Origin: Antedon mediterranea
Taxonomy: Eukaryota; Animalia; Echinodermata
Reading direction: 5' to 3'
Length of the DNA: 64,000 bases
NCBI RefSeq assembly: GCF_964355755.1
Contig: NC_092676.1
Span: 22,276,871 to 22,340,870 of the forward strand
The translations under genes and the position numbers were made by a program. This document shows, piece after piece, positions 1 through 12,300 of this stretch (position 1 is the stretch's first letter; each line of letters starts with the position of its first letter). The notes beneath the pieces are model-generated. The model did no database searches and was not told where the DNA came from. It worked only from the letters and a program-made list of their open reading frames with translations.

Positions 1-1370
1 CATACTTCTTGCTGATGCCCGAATCTTAACCCAGTAGCGTTGAACGTAAGGAGTACAATGTTAAATGGTTCTCGCAAAAATGTTGTAAACAAAAAAGCAC
101 GATCCTGCCAGGCTCGAACCTGGAATCCCCTGATTCGTAGTCAGATGCTTTATCCTTTGGGCCACAGGACCACCCAATACATACTTCTTGCTGGTGAACG
201 AATCTTAACCCATTGGCATTGAACGTGAGGAGTGTAATGTTAAATGGTTCTCGCGGAAATATTGTAAAGAAAAAAAGACACGATCCTACCAGGACTCGAA
301 CCAGGAATCCCTTGATTCGTAGTCAGATGCCTTATCCATTGGGCCACAGGACCACTCAATACATACCTATTGCTGGTGAACGAATCTTAACCCACTAGCG
401 TTGAACGTGGGGAGTGCAATGTTAAATGGTTCTCGCGGAAATATTGTAAACAAAAAAAAAGAACGATCCTGCCAGGACTGGAACCTGGAGTCATCCACTG
501 ATTCGTAGTCAGATGCCTTTTTTATTGGGACACAGGACCACCCAATACATACGTCTTGCAGCTGGTGAACGAATCTTAACCCATTGGCGTTGAACGTGAG
601 GAGTGTAGTCTTAATTGGTTCTCGCGGTAATATTGTAAACCAAAAATAAGCACGATCCTGCCAGGACTCGAACCTGTTATCCCCTGATCGTAATCAGATG
701 CTTTATTCATTGGGCCATAAGACCACCACTCAATACATACTTCTTGCTGGTGTCCGAATCTTAACCCACTAGCGTTGAACGTAAGGAGTACAATGTTAAA
801 TTGTTCTCGCAAAAATATTATAAACAAAAAAAGCACGATCCTGCCAGGACTCGAACCTGTTATCCCCTGATCGTAATCAGATGCTTTATTCATTGGGCCA
901 TAAGACCACCACTCAATACATACTTCTTGCTGGTGTCCGAATCTTAACCCACTAGCGTTGAACGTAAGGAGTACAATGTTAAATTGTTCTCGCAAAAATA
1001 TTATAAACAAAAAAAGCACGATCCTGCCAGGACTCGAACCTGGAATCTCCTGATTCGTAGTCAGATGCCTTATCCATTGGGCCACAGGACCACCCAATAC
1101 ATACCTCTTGCTGGTGCCCGAATCTTAACCCACTAGCGTTGAACGTAAGGAGTACAATTTTAAATGGTTCTACCGAAAATATTGTAAACAAAAAAAGCAC
1201 GATCCTCCCAGGACTCGAACCTGGAATCCCCTGATTCGTAGTCAGATGCCTTATCCATTGGGCCACAGGACCACCTAAACCATACTACTTGATGGTGAAC
1301 GTATCTTAACCCACTAGCGTTGAACGTAAGGAGTACAATGTTAAATTGTTCTCGCAAAAATATTGTAAAC

Positions 1371-1377
1371 AAAAAAA
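1371..1377 (-). terminator. RNA polymerase III oligo-T terminator (repeated in every array unit)
   Basis: T7 tract 3 nt downstream of the tRNA 3' end on the minus strand. Confidence 0.8.
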
Positions 1378-1380
1378 GCA

Positions 1381-1453
1381 CGATCCTGCCAGGACTCGAA
1401 CCTGGAATCCCCTGATTCGTAGTCAGATGCCTTATCCATTGGGCCACAGGACC
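1381..1453 (-). tRNA. Representative intact tRNA-Arg(ACG)
   Basis: Acceptor stem GGTCCTG/CAGGATC, D stem GCC/GGC, anticodon stem TCTGA/TCAGG, T stem CCAGG/CCTGG with loop TTCGAGT. Acceptor and T stems match the Drosophila tRNA-Arg(ACG) sequence as I recall it. Confidence 0.93.
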
Positions 1454-4400
1454 ACCCAATACATACTTCTTGCTGGAGCCCGAATCTTAAGCCACTAGCG
1501 TTGAACGTAAGGAGTACAATGTTAAAGGGTTCTCGCAAAAATATTGTAAACCAAAAAGCACGATCCTGCCAGAACTCGAACCTGGAATTCCCTAATTCGT
1601 AGTCAGATGCCTTATCCATTGGACCACAGGACCACCCAATACATACTTCTTGCTGGTGAACGAATCTTAACCCATTGGCATTGAACGTGAGGAGTACAAT
1701 GTTAAAGGGTTCTCGCAAAAATATTGTAAACAAAAAAAGCACGATCCTGCCAGGACTCGAACCTGGAATCCCCTGATTCGTAGTCAGATGCCTTATCCAT
1801 TGGGCCACAGGACCACCCAATACATACTCCTTGCTGGTGCCCGAATCTTAACCCACTAGCGTTGAACGTAAGGAGTACAATGTTAAATGGTTCTCGCAAA
1901 AATATTGTAAACAAAAAAGCACGATCCTGCCAGGACTCGAACTTGGAATCCCCTAATTCGTAAACAGATGCTTTATTCATTGGGCCATAGGACCACTCAA
2001 TACATACTTCTTGCTGATGCCCGAATCTTAACCCAGTAGCGTTGAACGTAAAGAGTACAATGTTAAATTGTTCTCGCAAAAATATTGTAAACAAAAAAAG
2101 AACGATCCTGCCAGGACTCGAACCTGGAATCCCCTGATTCGTAGTCAGATGCCTTATCCATTGGGCCACAGGACCACCCAATGCATACTTTTGCTGGTGC
2201 CCGAATCTTAACCCACTAGCGTTGAACGGAAGGAGTACAATGTTAAATTGTTCTCGCAAAAGTATTGTAAACAAAAAAAAGCACGATCCTGCCAGGACTC
2301 GAACCTGGAATCCCCTGATTCGTAGTCAGATGCCTTATCCATTGGGCCACAGGACCACCCAATACATACCTCTTGCTGGTGCCCGAATTTTAACCCACTA
2401 GCGTTGAACGTAAGGAGTACAATTTTAAATGGTTCTACCGAAAATATTGTAAACAAAAAAAGCACGATCCTCCCAGGACTCGAACCTGGAATCCCCTGAT
2501 TCGTAGTCAGATGCCTTATCCATTGGGCCACAGGACCACCTAATACATACTTCTTGCTGGTGCCCGAATCTTAACCCAGTAGCGTTGAACGTGAGGAGTA
2601 CAATGTTAAAGGGTTCTCGCAAAAATATTGTAAACAAAAAAAAGCACGATCCTTCCAGGGCTCGAACCTGGAATCCCCTGATTCGTAGTCAGATGCCTTA
2701 TCCATTGGGCCACAGGACCACCCAATACATACTTCTTGCTGGAGCCCGAATCTTAAGCCACTAGCGTTGAACGTAAGGAGTACAAAGTTAAAGGGTTCTC
2801 GCAAAAATATTGTAAACAAAAAAGCACGATCCTGCCAGAACTCGAACCTGGAATCCCCTAATTCGTAGTCAGATGCCTTATCCATTGGACCACAGGACCA
2901 CCCAATACATACTTCTTGCTGGTGAACGAATCTTAACCCATTGGCATTGAACGTCAGGAGTACAATGTTAAAGGGTTCTCGCAAAAATATTGTAAACAAA
3001 AAAAGCACGATCCTGCCAGGACTCGAACCTGGAATCCCCTGATTCGTAGTCAGATACCTTATCCATTGGGCCACAGGACCACCCAATACATACTTCTTGC
3101 TGGTGCCCGAATCTTAACCCACTAGCGTTGAACGTAAGGAGTACAATGTTAAATGGTTCTCGCAAAAATATTGTAAACAAAAAAGCACGATCCTGCCAGG
3201 ACTCGAACTTGGAATCCCCTAATTCGTAAACAGATGCTTTATTCATTGGGCCATAGGACCACTCAATACATACTTCTTGCTGATGCCCGAATCTTAACCC
3301 AGTAGCGTTGAACGTAAGGAGTACAATGTTAAATTGTTCTCGCAAAAATATTGTAAACAAAAAAAGAACGATCCTGCCAGGACTCGAACCTGGAATCCCC
3401 TGATTCGTAGTCAGATGCCTTATCCATTGGGCCACAGGACCACCCAATGCATACTTTTGCTGGTGCCCGAATCTTAACCCACTAGCGTTGAACGGAAGGA
3501 GTACAATGTTAAATTGTTCTCGCAAAAATATTGTAAACAAAAAAAAGCACGATCCTGCCAGGACTCGAACCTGGAACCCCCTGATTCGTAGTCAGATGCC
3601 TTATCCATTGGGCCACAGGACCACCCAATACATACCTCTTGCTGGTGCCCGAATTTTAACCCACTAGCGTTGAACGTAAGGAGTACAATTTTAAATGGTT
3701 CTACCGAAAATATTGTAAACAAAAAAAGCACGATCCTCCCAGGACTCGAACCTGGAATACCCTGATTCGTAGTCAGATGCCTTATCCATTGGGCCACAGG
3801 ACCACCTAATACATACTTCTTGCTGGTGCCCGAATCTTAACCCAGTAGCGTTGAACGTGAGGAGTACAATGTTAAAGGGTTCTCGCAAAAATATTGTAAA
3901 CAAAAAAAAGCACGATCCTTCCAGGGCTCAAACCTGGAATCCCCTGATTCGTAGTCGGATGCCTTATCCATTGGGTCACAGGATCACCCAATACATACTT
4001 CTTGCTGGTGCCCAAATCTTAACCCACTAGCGTTGAACGTAAGGAGTACAGTGTTAAATGGTTCTCGCAAAAATATTGTAAACAAAAAAAGCACGATCCT
4101 GCCAGGACTCGAACCTGGAATCCCCTGATTCGTAGTCAGATGCCTTATCCATTGGGCCAAAGGACCACACAATACATACTACTTGCTGGTGAACGAATCT
4201 TAACCCACTAGCGTTGAACGTAAGGAGTACAATGTTAAAGGGTTCTCGCAAAAATATTGTAAACAAAAAAAGCACGATCCTGCCAGGACTCGAACCTGGA
4301 ATCCCCTGATTCGTAGTCAGATGCTTTATCCTTTGGCCCACAGGACCACCCAATACATACTTCTTGCTGTTGAACGAATCTTAACCCATTGCCATTGAAC

Positions 4401-6397
4401 GTGAGGAGGGTAATGTTAAATGGTTCTCGCGGAAATATTGTAAAGAAAAAAAAACACGATCCTGCCAGTACTCGAACCAGGAATCCCCTGATTCGAAGTC
4501 AGATGCCTTATCCATTGGGCCACAGGACCACCCAATACATACCTCTTGCTGGTGCCCGAATCTTAACCCACTAGCGTTGAACGTAAGGAGTACAATTTTA
4601 AATGGTTCTACCGAAAAATATTGTAAACAAAAAAAGCACGATCCTCCCAGGGCTCGAACCTGGAATCCCCTTATTCGTAGTCAGATGCCTTATCCATTGG
4701 TCCATAGGACCACCTAATACATACTACTTGATGGTGAACGTATCTTAACCCACTAGCGCTGAACGTAAGGAGTACAATGTTAAATTGTTCTCACAAAAAT
4801 ATTGTAAACAAAAAAAAGCACGATCCTGCCAGGACTGGAACCTGGAATCCCCTGATTCGTAGTCAGATGCCTTATCCATTGGGCCACAGGACCACCCAAT
4901 ACATACTTCTTGCTGGTGCCCGAATCTTAAGCGACTAGCGTTGAACGTAAGGAGTACAATGTTAAAGGGTTCTCGCAAAAATATTGTAAACAAAAAAGCA
5001 CGATCCTGCCAGAACTCGAACCTGGAATCCCCTAATTCGTAGTCAGATGCCTTATCCATTGGACCACAGGACCACCCAATACATACTTCTTGCTGGTGAA
5101 CGAATCTTAACCCATTGGCATTGAACGTGAGGAGTACAATGTTAAAGGGTTCTCGCAAAAATATTGTAAACAAAAAAAGCACGATCCTGCCAGGACTCGA
5201 ACCTGGAATCCCCTGATTCGTAGTCAGATGCCTTATCCATTGGGCCACAGGACCACCCAATACATACTTCTTGCTGGTGCCCGAATCTTAACCCACTAGC
5301 GTTGAACGTAAGGAGTACAATGTTAAATGGTTCTCGCAAAAATATTGTAAACAAAAAAGCACGATCCTGCCAGGGCTCTAACTTGGAATCCCCTAATTCG
5401 TAATCAGATGCTTTATTCATTGGGCCATAGGACCACTCAATACATACTTCTTGCTGATGCCCGAATCTTAACCCAGTAGTCTTAATCTGTTGGCGTTAAA
5501 CATGAGGAGTGTAATGGTTCTCGTGGAAATAATGTAAATAAAAGAAAGCACGATGTGTAGGGCTCGAACCTGGGATCCCCTGATCATGGAGTAAAGATTA
5601 AGCCCTGATTGATCATATTCAGTCATAAATGACTCTGTTAAAAACAACTGTACTGCCCTCTATCAGTTGAAAGTGGACGCGATCGATGGAATTTTCACAA
5701 CAACAGGCCTAGCCTAGAGAAAGCGATTTTTTTGTATTTTCATTCTCTATGGCTCTTCCGACCTAGTTGCTTAGGTAATTATATAATGTATTTTTTGAAT
5801 TGGTATATAATTAATTTCATTTTAATATTTCAGTAGGCCGCCCGGAACACAACACACACTCGCTAAAAGGAGGCCTAACTAGGCCTATGCTAGCTAGGCT
5901 AGGCCTAGAATAGGCCTATTTACGACTACTAAAAACCTACCATACCAACCACCAGGACGATTCGGCCCACCTTTGTTTGGACGAATTGGCCAACTATTGG
6001 GCCGAAACATCCCGCTTTTAGACAAAACCAATGATATCATTGTGAATTATAAATAAATAAATTCGAAAAATTTATAATAAAATGGTGTGAGTCGTCCCAG
6101 GCTGTCCAGGACAAATTGTACAGTAAAGTACAGTAAATCATCAGTAATTCTAGCCTACATTACAGTATACAGTAAATACCAATAGAAATTTATAAATTAG
6201 TGTGTTTTATTGCTTTTTCATTATTATTATGAAGTCAAGTGAGATTTTACTGTAGCTAGAAGTAGGAATTCTGTTACCAAATTGAAACACAAATGAATTT
6301 TTCAAAGTGCCTAGGCCTAGGCTAGGCCTAGTAGTAGTAAAGGAATAAAAATTTTCTTTTCCTTTTTTTTCAGGTTTATTTTAGCAACTGACTATTC

Positions 6398-9300
6398 ATG
6401 AGCTCAAGTATGAACAAGTCCGACTCATCATCTAAAATGCAGTCTTTAGTGAGTTACGCAGGAGACTCAGATGCAGATTCAGATGAAGAGAAGGGTGGCG
6501 GAAATAAAGGAGTGACAAGTAAGTTATAAATAGATACTCTGCTACAACTGAAGATTTAGTCATGCATGAATACGGTAATGAAGCTTTCTGGCAAATTGGA
6601 AGAATATCAATTTGAAGTTCGAAATATCGTGAAGGGCAAATTATTTTCAGTTTCCTATACATTGTGTAAGTCAAAATTTGTCTAATACCCTTTTCACATC
6701 TGCATAAATTGTTACAAGTTGTAATCAGGTTTGATCTCCTGATTTTTTAATACACGCAAATACGAACAGTGAGAAATTTTGAGAGAAAGCATAGTTGCGC
6801 GCTATTTTATTACTATGATTGATCAGTTTAATACATGCACACGCAGTAACAATTTGGGACATTTCGGAACAAAGCCTAAAGTATCAGCGGTGTGTTTTCA
6901 GAAAATTTCAGAAAACTGTCTTTTGGCACTATGCAAAATGTTGTTACTTTTTGTAGGGGTGAAAAGGGTACAGTATTAGTCAACATCTTTTTTAGGTCCA
7001 AATAGCTTGTACACTTTAGTGGTTTATATCATGTAGGTTTCGTTGTCCCATGACCTAGGTGGTCGTAGGGGCGTAGCAGACGAGATACAATACTCATCAT
7101 GCTACAACTCTCAGGCATACGCCATATCTCCCAGTGGTGCCTACTATCTCCTCTCTGGGAGTCAATGCAAGCAAGTAAATTGACCAATTACATCCCACAC
7201 TTCAGATGATAACTTCCTTTTGATTGGTCAATGTAATAATATCATATGTGTATGCTGCCTGAGAAAAACACTATCGTATAATGTTAAGCTGCCTAACTCA
7301 TGATGTTCATTTTCATCTACAGCATGCATCTTTCGTTTTTGATTTTGAAAGTTGTTGTGTCGAGAACGATTATGTAATTTACCTTTAGCTTTAGATGTGG
7401 ATTGTTGCGATTTAAATGTGGATTGCGATTTACAGAATACTTTCCAATGATTCATTTTTCCGCAATTTCTACAAGTGTCTCCCCACGCTGGACATTTTCG
7501 TGGTTCATGACTTCGGTCGCAATTTCGACATTTTCGTTCATACTTCGTTTTCATTGAATGAGCAATTACTGTCGGTGGTTGTTGTTGATCCTGCATCTTC
7601 TTTATTGTGCAATTAGATGCACTGATTGCTTCATATTCACGACCACGCTCAATAACTTGCGCAACAGGATATTTCTCCGGTTTTGTAAGCAGTTCCTTAC
7701 GAAAATCTTCGAATGGTGTGGACAACACTACCATTTCGATCAATCGCTCATTTAGTTCATCCTTTTTAAAAGAGCATTTTTATGCTTTTTCACGTAGACG
7801 CGCAACATAATCACTGATGGGCTCATCTGTCTTTTGCCTATAGGTTGAAAACTCTAACCTATGAACTCTAAAATTTATCTTGACAGACGCATCTAGTTGC
7901 TGCTCAAACAAGGTCCATATTTCTTTGGGTACCTTTTGGTTTGCATCAGACAACCCAGATGATAAAATTCTCTTCATACCTTCATCACCAAAAGCAAGTT
8001 TAATCTTTGTTGCTTTTTTCTCATCCAGTGTTACATTGTGGTCTTCAAAATATAAATTCATGCGTGCTTTAAACGCACGGAGACTCTCTGCCAGGTCTCT
8101 GGCATCCCAATCCATCTTGGGCATTTTAGATGACATATTGATTATTGTTACGTACGGCCTAGCCTAAGCCACCAGAGCAATTATCACGCTAAAACGGTGA
8201 TGGTGATTCGCCTACAAACGGCGCTGCTGTTGTTGGACGGACACGAGTGTTTTTTTTTTGTTTTTTTTTTTACGGCGAGGCTTGTTGCTCGGAAATCAAA
8301 AATGTGTCACGTAACTGTAAGTGTACTAAGATTACTTACAGGAGTTCTATTCCTTGTTATTTCACAATATACCGCTGCCACCATTTAATGATTGTCAGAC
8401 ACGTTTTACTGATTATTTTGATGTTTAATATATATCTATTAATTGGTATTATTTTCAAACATGGCGTTGTATTAGAACTGCCCTTAGTGCGCAGTAGCGT
8501 TGCTATGGTTATATGGTTGGGGGCAGCATACACATATGATATTATTACAGTCAAATTATAGTGAAATTTTAAAAATACATTGGAAGCAGTTTGCTTTCTT
8601 CCTAAAAACAAATTAAGATACAGATTATTTGGATCATAAATAAAAAAGTTTCAATAAAAATATGACTGTATACAGTGGCTTAACGGCTATGAGCGCTCAC
8701 CCAGGGACCCCGGAGAAGTGTCCAGAGGAAAAAACAGACATTGAAATATGTCGAAAAAGGCTAAAAAGCCCGAGGCCTCCAGCGTTGGAGGGCCACTTAC
8801 AGTTCCTAAACCAGGGGCCTCTGCATTATGCCACTGACTGTATAACTTTATTTTTTACTAGGATTAGTTTCGTATGTCGGAGAAGACGAAGGGGGAGACT
8901 TGAACCAATCAAGAAATACATCAGTAGCTGAAGGAGAAGTTAAAGAAAACATTCAAGATGAAGATGTTCTTATTATGGGAGAAATAGGAGAAGTTGATGA
9001 AACATTTACTACAGAGGATAAAGAAGATGATGAGGTAGTATAAGTGAGATTTAAGGCTCTTTTCTGGCTTCAGTTCAGGTTTGCGTCCGATTGTGTGTAC
9101 AGTGTTGGTGAATTCTTGCTTTGATGACACAGCACATGCTGAGAAACACATGTGCATGAGTAGAATGATCTTTTTACTTGATTGGTGCATAGCGTTGTCA
9201 TGAAAATTTTATTTGATTCTTTCTATGTAAAACTCATGTGTCTGAGCAAGGAAAATATTAGTAGAATCTACCTGTTACAACACCGACCTTAAGTGCAATG

Positions 9301-12300
9301 TAACCATTTAAGATTTAGGAAACTGTACAACATTACAATACAAGAATCATGCACCAATGATTTTGACCTTTAATTCAAATCACCAATTAACTTGATTTCT
9401 GTATGTTATAGTTTTCCCTCCAGTGACCTTCAGTTTGTAAAGAGAGGACATATGTTCAAAATCGATTTCTATTTAAGCACACTTTTTTTTCTTAATTTTA
9501 GCATAACACATCAGGGTCAAAATGGTCAGAGAGTGTAAGACATTTGTCAATAGAAGAAATACAACTGCCCCCAGAGCCTACTGGAAGGTGTTCCAAACAT
9601 TTACAGGCAAGTATAAAGCTCTGTCTACACTATCAAACTAGTGAAATGTGTCCAAATGTGGTAGTGATATGACATCATCATGTTACATAAAGTTTGATAC
9701 TGTAGACAAGGCTTAAAACCAAAACCAGCATGTCAAGAGTGGTGATTGATTAGTGTGGTTGGAATGCTCATTGTCTGGCCAAAAGTTATTCAACTCTGTA
9801 GTCGTCATAACTATATTAATCAATTTTTTACAATCGGCATGATATAAATTGTGGTCGAAATTTGAGAAGTGGTCAGCACTGACCTTACTAGCATGGTCAG
9901 GCAAGTATGTTAATTGCCACTCTGTCACCCTTTATCTTGATCAGACAAGTGTGAAAGGTTATTTCCACTCCGTGACCTGTCTAACAAGATCGGACAAGTG
10001 TGAAAGGTTATTTGTCACTCCGTGACCTTTCTAACAAGATCGGACAAAAATGAAAGGTTATTTGGCACTTGGTGACCTTTCTAACAGGATCGGACAAGTG
10101 TGAAAGGTTATTTGCCACTCTGTAACCTTTTGTACAGGGTCCGGCAAGAAGAAAAGGTATATGCCATTCTGTAAATATCTTGAATTTGTTTTTTTTATTT
10201 TAGGACAAAATAGCAGGTTATCTTAAGAGGCAATTTGATCTCAACTCAATGATCCAAAATAGGAAAGATTTTCGCAACCCAAGGTAAACATTAATACAAA
10301 AATAATTACCATTTAGGGTGTCTTTCTTCTGATTGACCCCAAGTAATTATTTTTTTTAAATCCATCAAGTACTGTTAAGCTACATTTACACTTACTTACA
10401 AGACGGCACCTTTCAATTCTGTATACAATGATCCATTGTTTAACAAAACAATGCTGTCTTCATTTCCGTAAAATAGCACAAGTGTGAATGTAGCTTTACT
10501 CTACTAGTGTGTTTGGTTATCTTGTGTATAGTTTGCCAACAGTTGGTTTTTATTTCTGTTAGAACTTTCAGTTTAAAGGCCTATTTACACAAGGGCGATA
10601 ACGATCGACGATAAAAAGATAAGATTTTCATACCTAAAACATAAGAAATTTAAAAAGTTTATATCCTAGAACTAGGATTATCATTTATGCTCTCTTTGAT
10701 GAAAATAATATTTTCACATGTGCAATCAAATGACGTCATGATTTAATAGTAAGAGCAATAATATCGTTAAAATACGAATTTGTTGTTTTTATTGATCATG
10801 ACGTTATTTGATTGGATTTTTTTTATTATTATTTTTATCAAATACAGCATACATGATTATCTAATAGTTCTAGAACAAAAACTTCTAATTTCTTTCGTTT
10901 TATCCAAGAAAAATTTATGTTTATCTATTTATAGTTTAACGCCCTAGTGTAAATAGACCTTAAGTCAATAAATATAGGATTTAAGTATTACTAGTATTCA
11001 ATTCAGAAAGATATTTAATTTAGATGTGAATGATGATATGATTTTGGTCGATAAGTAAATATTTTTTCTTTACCACCATTTTTTACCGTATCATGATTTT
11101 ATTACTCGTTGGTCCAGTCCTTGTGCTCTGCTCTGACTTCTTTTCTTTTTTTATTTCGATGTAGCATATATGAAAAATTGATTTCGTACATGGGGATTGA
11201 TGAATTAGGTAGCAACTACCCAGATGATGTGTACGACCCACATGGATGGACAGACGATTCTTATTATGAGAGTTTAGGTATTTCTAAAATTCACAATGTA
11301 CATGCTATTCTTCCCAAGCACCCTAAAAGAAGATCAGAAATGTTAATACACTATTGGTTTAGCAGGGTTGAACACACTTGACAACACTCAAATTTGAGAC
11401 ACCGTCTTGTCTGACAAAAAACGATTTCATGATGACCATACAAATTCAATAATATTATATAAACCGATAGGTTGTGATTGTTGAGTTGGCTACTCAACCC
11501 TCTGTCCAAATAAATTGAGAATAAAACATTAAAATATATATAACACAGGACTCAAAACCTTTGCTAGTTCTAAAAGTTTTAATAAAAAAATATGAAACCC
11601 AACCAGCAAGTAAGCACATTTTAGAAAATTAATTAATTCTGCAAAATTTTCAATTACAGAAATTAGCAGATCAGGTCTACCATACATTTGCTAGGGCTAG
11701 ACTAAAAAGTATCTACACTATTTGTTCAAAACTTAAAACCAGCAAACTTTAGCTAGTTTTGAAATTTGTAACTAGCATTAGCAATATGAAAATTGCTAGT
11801 TAGGGTGAGCTTTGAGCCCTGCAATTATTTCAGTTCATTTCCTTATACTCTCCCCACTGGTGTTATTTCATTTAATTTTTGATGTATTACAGTAATGTTT
11901 AGGCCTAATAAGGTTTAGACCGAGATAGACATACCACCTTGTTTGAGCTATGCTAAACAAATCTAGTAAATTTACCAAGATCAGGTGCTGATTTAATGTA
12001 CTTCTCTAGACTTTTTGAAGAGTACCTTAAAATCTTTATTATACTTTAAATACAGTAATTAAATAATAATATAATAGTAATGATGCCATTGAATAAAACA
12101 AATGGTTACTTAATGTTACCTTATTCCAGCCAAAGTACAAAAAGAAGATATGGCAAAACGTGAAAAAGAACGAAAAACAAAAGTTGAATTTGTAACTGGT
12201 ACGGTAAAGAAACCAACAGGCTCATCAACAACAGGAGTAGCGGTTCCCCTGGCAACAGTAAACACTGTTGGTAAGAGATTGTGATAGTTGCTCGTTTTTT

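Larger units (their letters stand above)
1..5585 (-). tRNA. Tandem array of ~30 tRNA-Arg(ACG) genes/pseudogenes, ~181-bp unit, running off the left edge of the window
   Basis: The reverse complement of each unit contains GGTCCTGTGGCCCAATGGATAAGGCATCTGACTACGAATCAGGGGATTCCAGGTTCGAGTCCTGGCAGGATCG (73 nt; cloverleaf, A and B boxes, anticodon loop CT-ACG-AA), followed by TGC and a T6-T9 tract. I count 30 copies with left ends from ~100 to ~5362, plus a decayed remnant at ~5551-5585. Exact consensus copies checked: 1381, 1742, 2103, 2284, 3369, 5182. Confidence 0.96.
7232..8549 (-). mobile_element. Ty3/gypsy (Mag-like) LTR-PBS-gag derivative bounded by 28-bp terminal inverted repeats and a 5-bp TSD
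   Basis: TIRs at 7232-7259 and 8522-8549 (TGTAATAATATCATATGTGTATGCTGCC, perfect). GTCAA at both 7227-7231 and 8550-8554. LTR-like 8384-8549. PBS TGGTGGCAGCGGT at 8371-8383. gag reading frame 8136-~7260. Confidence 0.88.

Noticed and set aside
40-5420. Many 60-190 aa ORFs with repeated GGPVAQWIRHLTTNQGIPGSSPGRIV
   Set aside because: These are translations of the tRNA repeat unit, not proteins.
1-5585. CRISPR-like regular array
   Set aside because: The spacers are near-identical rather than unique, the repeat is a tRNA gene, and the context is eukaryotic with no cas genes.
7760-7790. Programmed readthrough or frameshift at the gag TAA
   Set aside because: The stop lies mid-capsid rather than at a gag-pol boundary; a simple nonsense mutation is more parsimonious.
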